Shown here in pieces: positions 18,898-27,009 of a stretch of DNA of 41,165 nt; position 1 is the stretch's first letter; the number at the start of each line of letters is the position of its first letter. The translations under genes were made by a program, and so were the position numbers. The notes under the pieces are model-generated. The model saw nothing but the letters and a program-made list of their open reading frames with translations, was not told where the DNA came from and made no database searches. This stretch comes from Treponema sp. (GTDB lineage Bacteria > Spirochaetota > Spirochaetia > Treponematales > Breznakiellaceae), in contig JAIRUC010000148.1 in NCBI GenBank assembly GCA_031254615.1, positions 1 through 41,165 of the forward strand. The letters run 5' to 3'.

Positions 18898-19797
18898 ATG
18901 AAAAAGGGTAATAAAAGACTGGAAGAACGTGTTTCATACCTCATTCTTGTTGTTCCGGCTTTGGCCGTCTATCTGTTTGTAGTCGGTTTTCCTACGATAT
19001 TTTCCGTAGGCCTCAGTTTAACCGACTATTCAGGCGGCAGAGTTTTTGGCAGCACGGACTTTGGGTTTGTGGGGCTGAAAAGTTACAAAGCTGTTTTTTT
19101 AGACAGCTATTTTTATTTGTCGCTGAAAAACAATATGTGGATAGTGCTTGTATCGGTTTTTGGTCAGATTCCCCTTGGTTTTTTTCTCGCCTATATTCTT
19201 TCGCGCGGTCTTATAAAGGGAACGGATTTTTTTCAGACTGTAATCTACCTGCCCAATATTATTTCCGCCGTTATTATCGGTATTTTGTTTAACAAATTCT
19301 TCTTAAGCGCCAACAGCGTTTGGCTGGAAATTCAGAGGATATTTAACCCCGCCGCGGAATATGTGGCGGGTAAAAATCCCATGCTTCCGGTACTGATAGT
19401 GGTGCTATGGATGTACACCGGAACTTATGTGATCATATTTCTGGCGAATCTGCAAAAAATTGACACTTCAATTATCGAGGCCTCAAAGATAGACGGCGCA
19501 AGTGAGATGCAGACTTTGTATTACATCATTCTTCCGGCTTTGTCAGGTGTAATTGTTACCTGCGCGATTCTGGCGATTTCGGGCTCTCTTAAATCATTCG
19601 ATCTTATCTATGTAATGACGCAGGGAGGGCCTGCCCACCGGACAAGCCTGCTTGCGTTGTACATGTATGAAAAAGCGTTCAGGGGCGCGCCGAATTATCC
19701 TGTGGCCAACGCCATTTCAACGGTAATGATGATTATCAGTTTTATGTTAATCGTCATTACCCGCTCTGTTGAAAAATTTTTTGCCGGCGAGGAGTAG
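18898..19797 (+). CDS. Carbohydrate ABC transporter permease (MalF/UgpA type)
   Basis: TM helices; EASKIDGAS EAA loop; FDLIYVMTQGGP. Confidence 0.92.
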   Translation: MKKGNKRLEERVSYLILVVPALAVYLFVVGFPTIFSVGLSLTDYSGGRVFGSTDFGFVGLKSYKAVFLDSYFYLSLKNNMWIVLVSVFGQIPLGFFLAYILSRGLIKGTDFFQTVIYLPNIISAVIIGILFNKFFLSANSVWLEIQRIFNPAAEYVAGKNPMLPVLIVVLWMYTGTYVIIFLANLQKIDTSIIEASKIDGASEMQTLYYIILPALSGVIVTCAILAISGSLKSFDLIYVMTQGGPAHRTSLLALYMYEKAFRGAPNYPVANAISTVMMIISFMLIVITRSVEKFFAGEE

Positions 19798-19799
19798 TT

Positions 19800-20642
19800 A
19801 TGGCCGATATACGAAAAACAAATCAGATTTCGCTTTTTTTGATGTATTTTGTGGTAATAATTTTCGCTATTCTTGCCATATACCCCGTCTTTTGGGTGAT
19901 AATTCAGGCGTTTAAAACCACGCAGGAGTATATGACTACCAGCAAGCTCTCATTTCCGCAGCGCTGGTATTACAATAATTATCCTTTGGCATGGGAGATG
20001 GGAAAATTCGGCATACTGATATTGAACAGTCTTTTATATACCTCCGTTACGGTGACATCGGTAATTATATTAAGTTTTATGGCAGGTTTTGCCTTCGCCA
20101 AACTTCCTGCAAAACTGACGCCGTTTTTTCACGGCCTTTTTATCATTGGAATTCTTCTGACCTTACAGTCAATTCTTGTTCCCCTTTACCTGATGATTAA
20201 CGCGGTGGGACTGTACAACACCCGGCTGGGAGTGCTTATTCCGTACATCGGCATTGGTCTTCCCTTTGGGGTTTACCTGAGTACCGAATACATAAAATCA
20301 ATACCCGAATCGGTGATAGAGTCGGCGCGGTTAGACGGGGCAAGATACCTGCGTATCTTTTGGAGTATTATCATGCCGATTGCCGCCCCGGTTGCGGCAA
20401 CAGTGGCTATTTTAAGCGTTACGGGAACATGGAACGAATTTATGCTGATTAACATTTTAGTTTCCAAGACAGAACTTAAATCCCTGCCTGTGGGCATAAA
20501 TCAGTTTTCCGGCGCGCGCGCGTCGGATTTCGGCAAACAATTTTCCGCCCTCGCTATAGGCATGGCGCCGATGATTACGTTTTATTTAATTTTCAGGAAG
20601 AAGATAACCAAGGGAGTGAGCGCGGGTGCGGTTAAGGGATGA
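19800..20642 (+). CDS. Carbohydrate ABC transporter permease (MalG/UgpE type)
   Basis: ESARLDGA loop, WNEF, C-terminal GAVKG. Confidence 0.92.
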   Translation: MADIRKTNQISLFLMYFVVIIFAILAIYPVFWVIIQAFKTTQEYMTTSKLSFPQRWYYNNYPLAWEMGKFGILILNSLLYTSVTVTSVIILSFMAGFAFAKLPAKLTPFFHGLFIIGILLTLQSILVPLYLMINAVGLYNTRLGVLIPYIGIGLPFGVYLSTEYIKSIPESVIESARLDGARYLRIFWSIIMPIAAPVAATVAILSVTGTWNEFMLINILVSKTELKSLPVGINQFSGARASDFGKQFSALAIGMAPMITFYLIFRKKITKGVSAGAVKG

Positions 20643-20719
20643 TTAACAATTTGTACCGGGCTAACGACACTATGAAAAAGTGTTAGCACGTACCTTGCGT
20701 GACCTCGGAGATAAAAAGC

Positions 20720-21724
20720 CTATAGCTTCGTATTTATCGCGCGGTTTATCATTTGCTGAACTTCTGTATTCGCGTTCTGTGCTGTTATTGAAGTATTTGG
20801 ATTCATATTCGGAAATACACGGAATATTTCATCGGCAAAAGCCTGACCTATATATGTGATATCTTTAAAATCCAGAATAACCTCTTTAAATAATTCAAGT
20901 CCGCTTAGAATACGGCGCGCCTGCGAGCGTGATACCAAATCATCACTGTTTGCAAAATGTACAGGTACCATCGTTTTGTCAAAATCGCCGGGTATTTCAG
21001 TTGAAAATTTATCAAAAACCGATTTGATTTTTCTGGTACTGTTATTCGCCAGACCCATGTAAACCAAAGTGGAAAATTTTGTTTTGCTCGTTTTTACCGG
21101 ATTATTTTTTTCGGGGCTTGAACCAAAAATTATTCCGCCGGAAACAATCATAAAATCATCAAAAACTTTGGAAACAAAAAAAATGCCCTGCCCGGAATGC
21201 CGCGTTTTATCGGTTGTCCGTTTGCCCTTGGTCAATTCAAGCAGAGCGTCTTTTTCTTCCAATAATTTAAATTTTGTTTTAATGTTTTTAAATATGCCGA
21301 TTCCATTATCAGAAATTGCTAGTGAGGTGAATATCCTGTTTTCGTCAATAACTACGCGGATGTTTCCACCTTTGGAATGTTCTATGGCGTTATTGAATAT
21401 TTCTAAAAATCCGTAAGTCCACATGCGTCTGACATTTTCAGGGAGCATTGAAAAATGTTTTTTTATATCATTTTCCCATACGAAATCTTCGGATAAAGAG
21501 GCGTTAATTCTGTAATTATATGTATACCGTTTGGACTGCAAAACAAACCGCCCGGATTTTTTTGTTACCAGCTTAAGGGACACCAGTCTGTCGATATGCT
21601 TGTACACCGCCGGCAATGAAATATCAAATTGATGTGCGGTCAACGCGGCGATGTTTTCATTTTCAGTTATATTGTTTAATATGAAATCCCTGATTACCTC
21701 GCCGCGCTTGCGAACTCCCGGCAT
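20720..21724 (-). CDS. wHTH + HATPase_c + STAS-like (DUF4325) protein
   Basis: N-terminal HTH (FDISLPAVYKHIDRLV); EIFNNAIEHS N-box, DNGIG, HSGQGIF; VSRSQARR...LDFKDITYIGQAFADEIF. Confidence 0.85.
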   Translation of the reverse strand: MPGVRKRGEVIRDFILNNITENENIAALTAHQFDISLPAVYKHIDRLVSLKLVTKKSGRFVLQSKRYTYNYRINASLSEDFVWENDIKKHFSMLPENVRRMWTYGFLEIFNNAIEHSKGGNIRVVIDENRIFTSLAISDNGIGIFKNIKTKFKLLEEKDALLELTKGKRTTDKTRHSGQGIFFVSKVFDDFMIVSGGIIFGSSPEKNNPVKTSKTKFSTLVYMGLANNSTRKIKSVFDKFSTEIPGDFDKTMVPVHFANSDDLVSRSQARRILSGLELFKEVILDFKDITYIGQAFADEIFRVFPNMNPNTSITAQNANTEVQQMINRAINTKL

Positions 21725-21742
21725 AACTCCCTCCTGGTAGAG

Positions 21743-21796
21743 TAAACCTTATTGATAATCAGTATAAACCTTATTGATGAGGGGAGTCAACCTTAT
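21743..21796 (-). promoter_or_regulatory. Promoter overlapped by three direct repeats at 22-bp spacing
   Basis: AACCTTAT at 21745, 21767, 21789 (first two extend to TAAACCTTATTGAT); TTGACT-18-TATACT on minus strand. Confidence 0.65.
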
Positions 21797-21925
21797 GGGG
21801 CTTCGATTTCAGGGCTTTTTTAGACAGATTTGCGGAAAAATGTATACCTAAAAAAGAATTTGTAGAGATAGCGTATTTCGAATATAACGAGCTACCCTCC
21901 GTGAGGGGTCTTTTTGTAAAACTTT

Positions 21926-22011
21926 AGCTGTTACGGACTAGTAGTGTCGTTCAGGGATGAGCGACACTAACTATAGCATTAGCTGCTATCAAAGCGTGTA
22001 CTATGACGGCT
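21926..22011 (+). ncRNA. Candidate structured RNA (three-way junction), family unknown
   Basis: P1 21926-33/22004-11, P2 21942-53/21958-69 with GGGA loop, P3 21973-78/21984-89; mismatches are G.U on + strand. Confidence 0.4.
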
Positions 22012-22055
22012 TGGGGGGTTGACAAGTTTGCACAGAAAGGGCAAAATTATACCTA

Positions 22056-22195
22056 TGAGCGTAAAAACCCCCTGCCGCAGGGTATGCTCAACCGAGCCAC
22101 GAAGTGGCGTCGTACCAACGTACCGAAGGTACACAGTTCCCATCTTGATGCGGCTGTTTCCACGGCTAACCCCGTAGGGGTGAGCACGTTAAGCC
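22056..22195. repeat. Multi-hairpin element with cGNAg mini-hairpins (REP/IS200-IS605 MITE-like)
   Basis: gccac-GAA-gtggc, gtacc-GAA-ggtac, acccc-GTA-ggggt, ccctg-ccg-caggg within tgagcgta/tatgctca. Confidence 0.45.
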
Positions 22196-22243
22196 CCAAG
22201 TGTCAGGCATCTTTTTCAGTCTCAATTAAGTAAGGAGTCTCTT

Positions 22244-23653
22244 ATGAAATCCGTAATCAAAACCCTATCTTTTCTATTTATTCTTTGCTCATTGCTAATT
22301 GTTACTACCTGTTCCCTTCCCGACGAAGCCACCGGCACGTTTTCTATTACAATCGGCGGGAGCGGAAGCAGAAAACTCTTGGACTGGGACTCGTCGGTTA
22401 ACAGCGACCAGCTTACGCATATCATAACCCTCAGCGCGCAGGGCAGCGAGCAGGGCGGCCCGCAATCAAAAACAATTCCGGCGGGCGGCGGTACTGCCAC
22501 TTTCTCGGTTGTTCCCGGTACATGGATTATCACTGTGGAAGGCAGGCAGGACGGGGCGAACGGAGCATTAAAGTCCTATGCCGAAAAAACGATAAACGTC
22601 AACGCGGGCAAAAACGACACTGTGCGTATAACAATGGGCGAACCGCCTAAGCCGCCTAAGATAGATCAGAACATCACCGTTTCCACCACTGCCGATTGGG
22701 ACGCCGCTATCGACATAATCAAAAACGGCGGCGGTAACATAAACTACATCATTGAGCTTACCGGTAATTTTACCGTGCCCGGCAGCACCGCCTATACCTT
22801 CGGCAATGTCTCCGACATTAATGTAACCCTCACCGGGAACCAGACCCTGACCCTGAGCAGTCCAGGCAATTTGCTTCGCCTTTACGGTAATCAGAACGTT
22901 ATTTTGCAGGACGCTAAACTTAAAGGATACTATTCCAATAACACAGCGATTGTTGATATGTCCTACACTTCCGGCACTTTTACCATGAACGGCAGCTCCT
23001 CAATATCAAACAATACTTCCGGCTACAGCGGCGCCGGGGTGTATATGAGCGGCAGCAGCGTAACCTTTATCATGAACGACACCGCTTCAATATCAGCCAA
23101 TTATGCCAGCGGCAGCTACGTCAAAGGCGGCGGGGTGTATATGAGCGGCGGAACCTTCACCATGAACGACACCGCCTTAATATCAAACAATAATGCCCAT
23201 TCCGGCAGCGGGGCGTATGTTACCGGCGGCACTTTCACCATGAACGGCAGCGCCTCAATATCAAACAATACTGCCAGCGGTTACTTCGGCGGCGGCGGGG
23301 TGTATGTTGAAGGCAGCACAGCCTTCAACATGACCGGTGGAACCATTTCAGGTAATCGTGCCAATAACAGCGCCGAAAACGGCGGCTCTGGCGGCGCTGG
23401 GGTGTATGTTTACAGCGGCACCTTTACCATGACCGGCGGAAAAATTGTAAGCAATTCCGTCAGCGACGGCTACGGCGGCGGGGTGTATGTTTACAGCGGT
23501 ACCCTTACTATAAACTCTCCGGCAGTACCGGAAGATATAGCTGGCAATAATCTCGGCTCCCCCTACCTTAGCCTCAGAAATGTCTGTTGGTCCAGCAGCG
23601 GCGGCGGCATAGTTACCATCGACGGCGTCGTCTTTACGTCAACTGGCTGGTAA
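22244..23653 (+). CDS. Surface lipoprotein with right-handed beta-helix (GGGVYV/GTFTM repeats)
   Basis: SD aaggag; lipobox VTTC; about seven GxGVYxxGGTFTMxxxxISxN repeats. Confidence 0.8.
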   Translation: MKSVIKTLSFLFILCSLLIVTTCSLPDEATGTFSITIGGSGSRKLLDWDSSVNSDQLTHIITLSAQGSEQGGPQSKTIPAGGGTATFSVVPGTWIITVEGRQDGANGALKSYAEKTINVNAGKNDTVRITMGEPPKPPKIDQNITVSTTADWDAAIDIIKNGGGNINYIIELTGNFTVPGSTAYTFGNVSDINVTLTGNQTLTLSSPGNLLRLYGNQNVILQDAKLKGYYSNNTAIVDMSYTSGTFTMNGSSSISNNTSGYSGAGVYMSGSSVTFIMNDTASISANYASGSYVKGGGVYMSGGTFTMNDTALISNNNAHSGSGAYVTGGTFTMNGSASISNNTASGYFGGGGVYVEGSTAFNMTGGTISGNRANNSAENGGSGGAGVYVYSGTFTMTGGKIVSNSVSDGYGGGVYVYSGTLTINSPAVPEDIAGNNLGSPYLSLRNVCWSSSGGGIVTIDGVVFTSTGW

Positions 23654-23708
23654 TAAGGACGCGCCGGTGACGGGAGGAGGCGCAAACGGTAGCTGGTACC
23701 GGTTTTTG

Positions 23709-23738
23709 CTTGTGGTGTTCGTAGCTGGACACCACAAG
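23709..23738. terminator. Hairpin between the beta-helix gene and ompA-family gene (terminator or operator)
   Basis: cttgtggtgttc-gtagct-ggacaccacaag. Confidence 0.4.
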
Positions 23739-23788
23739 ATATGGTATAGGGAAAGAAATTCCCTTAATCGAAACAAACAGGAGAGAAC

Positions 23789-24730
23789 ATGATAAGTCGA
23801 TGTAAACAATTATTTTTTATAGCGGCCCTAACGGCAGCGTTAGTCACGCCGCTGTACGCGCAGACCGCGCAGAAGATGGAAAACCTGCTCAATAATCGAT
23901 CAATTACCTGGGCGCAGGCTTCCGCTTTTGCGCTGGAAGCGTCAGACAAGCTTTTGTCAGGCACTGAGGATGAGGCGTTCCGCTTTGCGCAGGAACAGAA
24001 GTGGCTTCCAGAAAACGCGGCGTCCCACGAGCCGGCACAGCTTGACGGTATAGCGCTCCTCCTTATGGGTTCCTTTGATCAAAATGGCGGTATGTTTTAT
24101 TTGCTTACTAAGAATGCTCACTATGCGTACCGGGAACTGGTGTACAAAAATGTTATTCAGGGGAAAAGTGATCCGGAAATGCTTGTTTCCGGGGAAGAAT
24201 TCCTCTTTATGATAAACAGGATACTTTCTGTTAAAGAAGCGGAAACAGAGAGCGCGCAGCGGAAAGAGGAGGCCCGGCGGCGGGCGGAAGAGGAACGGCT
24301 TGCCAGGGAAATCAACGCGCAGCTGGCCGCTCAAAATGTGGCGGATACAACAGTCAGCGTTACTAAAGAAGGGGTCACGATCAGCCTTTCCAATATTCAG
24401 TTCAGGGCGAATTCCGCGGAATTGGTTGCTTCAGAACAGACCAAGATACGGGAGATTGGGCGCATTCTGGAAACAGTGCCGGGACGGAGCATCCTCATAG
24501 CGGGGCATACCGCTCTGGCGGGTACGCGGGAAGAACAACTGCGAACCAGCCGGGAACGGGCGCAGGCGGTTGCCAACTACCTGATATCCCTGCGGGTACG
24601 GACGACGGCGGAAATAACGGTGCAAGGTTTTGGGGCTGACCGGCCTGTTGCCGATAACACTACTCCGGAAGGAATGGAGCGGAACCGGCGCGTGGAAATA
24701 ACCATTATACAGGGCGGAGGTGCCAGATGA
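23789..24730 (+). CDS. OmpA-family peptidoglycan-binding protein with helical N-terminal domain and coiled coil
   Basis: Signal peptide; IQFRANSA, IAGHTA, SRERAQAVANYL, GFGADRPVADNTTPEGMERNRRVEI. Confidence 0.88.
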   Translation: MISRCKQLFFIAALTAALVTPLYAQTAQKMENLLNNRSITWAQASAFALEASDKLLSGTEDEAFRFAQEQKWLPENAASHEPAQLDGIALLLMGSFDQNGGMFYLLTKNAHYAYRELVYKNVIQGKSDPEMLVSGEEFLFMINRILSVKEAETESAQRKEEARRRAEEERLAREINAQLAAQNVADTTVSVTKEGVTISLSNIQFRANSAELVASEQTKIREIGRILETVPGRSILIAGHTALAGTREEQLRTSRERAQAVANYLISLRVRTTAEITVQGFGADRPVADNTTPEGMERNRRVEITIIQGGGAR

Positions 24731-25962
24731 AAACAACAACAGGGTCTTTGCGAATATCTTTGCGCTGTCTTTTAGTGGTTGGGTTTATCCTGACTCCGCT
24801 GTGTTCTCTTGCCGCCATGGATTATGGGCTGCTCTTTGACAACAACGTTTCTTATGATGCGGCCGGAGACGAGGGGGAAACAAAATATTCGGGAACGCTC
24901 GTTCCGTGGTTTTCTATGCCCATAGAAGAAACAGCGGACTTGTATATCTCCGCCGGAGCGGCAGCAAAGTATGAAGACAAAAAATGGAACATTATACCGG
25001 AGCTGCTCCGTACAGAAGCAACCCTGCGTATGGGAGAAGACGGCGAACTTCACATAGGACGAATGCCTTACTCCGATCCGCTTGGTTTTGTTGTTTCCGG
25101 CCTTTTTGACGGAGCGCGGTACAGCCATGATTTGGCGGACGGATCAAGGCTGGGCGCTGGAGTCTGGTATACGGGCTTTCTCTATAAAAAGAGCGCAAAC
25201 ATCACCATGACTCAGGATGAGCTTGTCTCCTACAATGCTCCTGTTGAGTACGCTAATTTCCTGGACACATATTTTGCGCCCCAGCGTGTGCTTGCCGCGG
25301 CGGACTGGGAACATCCGGGAATAAACGAGTTTATCAGACTGCGATTGACCCTTGCCGGCCAATTCGATCTTTCCGGCAGCGATATTCTGTACCATACCCA
25401 GTACCTTATGGCAAAGGCGATGATGCCTGTACAGGCTTTTGTCTTTGAGCTGGGAGCCTGTCTGGAACTGGCGGAAATGGAAAATCTCTATCAATTTGCT
25501 TTTGCCGGTGAACTGGGAATTGGCTGGCCTCTGCCCACATACCTTAATGACAGGCTGATGTTTACCGGACGATTTTCCAGCGGAACGAACGATGATGATT
25601 CTACTATTCGCGCTTTTGTTCCCATTACCTCAGAGCCGCAGGGAAATATCATTAAGGAAAAGATTTCCGGGCTTTCAACAATCAAACTGGATTATTCGGC
25701 GCGGCTGTATTCAACACTTTCAATCAGCCTCACAAGTATGTATTTTATCCTCAGTGAGTTAGATACCTATCAGGGACCGCCTGGTGGGAAGGACGGATAT
25801 TTTTTAGGGAACGAGTTTTATGGGAGAGCGATCTGGAGTCCGCTCTCTGATCTCCGGATCACGGCGGGAGGGGGCATATTTCTGCCATCTCTTGGAAACG
25901 CGGACAAGAACGGAGGAAACTTCTGGCGGGTTGACTTGGGCGTTCTGCTGGCGCTGTTTTAA
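24727..25962 (+). CDS. Putative outer-membrane beta-barrel protein
   Basis: Signal peptide, amphipathic strands, terminal Phe; ATGA overlap with the ompA-family gene. Confidence 0.6.
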   Translation: MKTTTGSLRISLRCLLVVGFILTPLCSLAAMDYGLLFDNNVSYDAAGDEGETKYSGTLVPWFSMPIEETADLYISAGAAAKYEDKKWNIIPELLRTEATLRMGEDGELHIGRMPYSDPLGFVVSGLFDGARYSHDLADGSRLGAGVWYTGFLYKKSANITMTQDELVSYNAPVEYANFLDTYFAPQRVLAAADWEHPGINEFIRLRLTLAGQFDLSGSDILYHTQYLMAKAMMPVQAFVFELGACLELAEMENLYQFAFAGELGIGWPLPTYLNDRLMFTGRFSSGTNDDDSTIRAFVPITSEPQGNIIKEKISGLSTIKLDYSARLYSTLSISLTSMYFILSELDTYQGPPGGKDGYFLGNEFYGRAIWSPLSDLRITAGGGIFLPSLGNADKNGGNFWRVDLGVLLALF

Positions 25963-26000
25963 CAGCTGGCGCTGTTTTAACAGCTAGCGCTGTTTTAACA
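25947..26000 (+). repeat. 18-bp tandem repeat x3 spanning the stop codon
   Basis: gctggcgctgttttaaca x2 plus gctagcgctgttttaaca. Confidence 0.95.
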
Positions 26001-26048
26001 AAGGAATTTGTGATGAAGACAAAAAAAACAATAACAAAGGGGTATGCG

Positions 26049-26711
26049 ATGAAAAAGACAATAATGACGATCATTTTTTTGGCGGTGCAGTTTGTGTGCG
26101 CAGCGCTGGTGTTCGGGCAGAACGGCGTGATTAAGGAACTGTCGGGGACGGTGGAACTAAAGCGTGCCGGGCAGACGGCGTTTGTGCCCACCAAAGCGGG
26201 AGACACGGTAGCCAAAGACACAATAGTGTCCACAGGCTTTAAGAGCACCGCCCTCATCACCGTGGGGAGTACAGTACTAATGGTACGGCCGTTAACCCGG
26301 CTTTCCCTTGCCGAGATAAGCGAGGCGGCGGGAACTGAGACGCTGAACGTAAGCCTTCAGGCGGGAAGGGTACGGGTAGATGTAAACCCGCCCGCGGGAA
26401 CCAAAGCGGTGACGACGGTACGCGGACCCAGCGCCACCGCTTCCGTGCGTGGAACGAGTTTTGAGTTTGACACGCGGAACCTGACGGTACATGAAGGAGT
26501 GGTAGCTTTCCGCGGAAGCCGCGGCGCAGTGATGATGGTAGCCGCCGGTTCTACCAGCCAGTTGACTGAAGACAACAAAGCGGAAGACTCAATTGTAAAG
26601 AACGCCGCTGAATTACTGCCGCCTATACCGCAGGGAGCGGACTCCGGCTTTAGCAGTGTTGGATCGGGCATTTCAGGAGCCGGAGAAGTGCATATAAGCA
26701 TTGAGTATTAG
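26049..26711 (+). CDS. FecR-domain protein (periplasmic, no N-terminal anti-sigma domain)
   Basis: Signal peptide; GDTV..DTIVSTG, LTRLSL, LQAGRV, PSATASVRGTSF, VHEGVV. Confidence 0.85.
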   Translation: MKKTIMTIIFLAVQFVCAALVFGQNGVIKELSGTVELKRAGQTAFVPTKAGDTVAKDTIVSTGFKSTALITVGSTVLMVRPLTRLSLAEISEAAGTETLNVSLQAGRVRVDVNPPAGTKAVTTVRGPSATASVRGTSFEFDTRNLTVHEGVVAFRGSRGAVMMVAAGSTSQLTEDNKAEDSIVKNAAELLPPIPQGADSGFSSVGSGISGAGEVHISIEY

Positions 26712-26765
26712 CTGACCGGGGGGAGCTGCTAAATAGTCGCTTTGGTGACCCCTATGATTATTGTC

Positions 26766-26791
26766 AAGGGGAAAATTAATTTTTTCCCCTT
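26766..26791. terminator. Inverted repeat between convergent operons
   Basis: aaggggaaaa-ttaatt-ttttcccctt. Confidence 0.45.
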
Positions 26792-26928
26792 AACCGCTAT
26801 TTTTTAGCTTTTTCAACATTATAAACGTAACAACCACCCACCCAATTTCCCATGACCGCCCCAGAAATGTATGCCCAAATAAAGCCAGCGCCCCGCCTCT
26901 GTGCGCATGTTGGTATAAACTTTCAGGA

Positions 26929-26999
26929 ATACATTGTCCCCGGATTTATTGACACACATATTCACGGAACCGGCGGCTTTGGAACGGATGATTTCTTCT
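26929..26999 (+). pseudogene. 71-bp fragment copy of nagA (YIVPGFIDTHIHGTGGFGTDD)
   Basis: 66/71 identical to the reverse complement of 8826-8896. Confidence 0.9.
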
Positions 27000-27009
27000 A
27001 CCAACTTCT

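Noticed and set aside
21860-22020. c-di-GMP-I riboswitch or hammerhead ribozyme
   Set aside because: Conserved cores (GGCAAA-P2-GCAAA order; CUGAUGA/GAAA) are not correctly present
22003-22233. 76-aa ORF
   Set aside because: No SD, spans a promoter and a hairpin element, no recognisable protein features
25947-26000. CRISPR array
   Set aside because: Contiguous repeats without spacers; no cas genes
26929-26999. nagA copy as DGR template or CRISPR spacer
   Set aside because: Mismatches are mixed transitions, not A-specific; no flanking direct repeats
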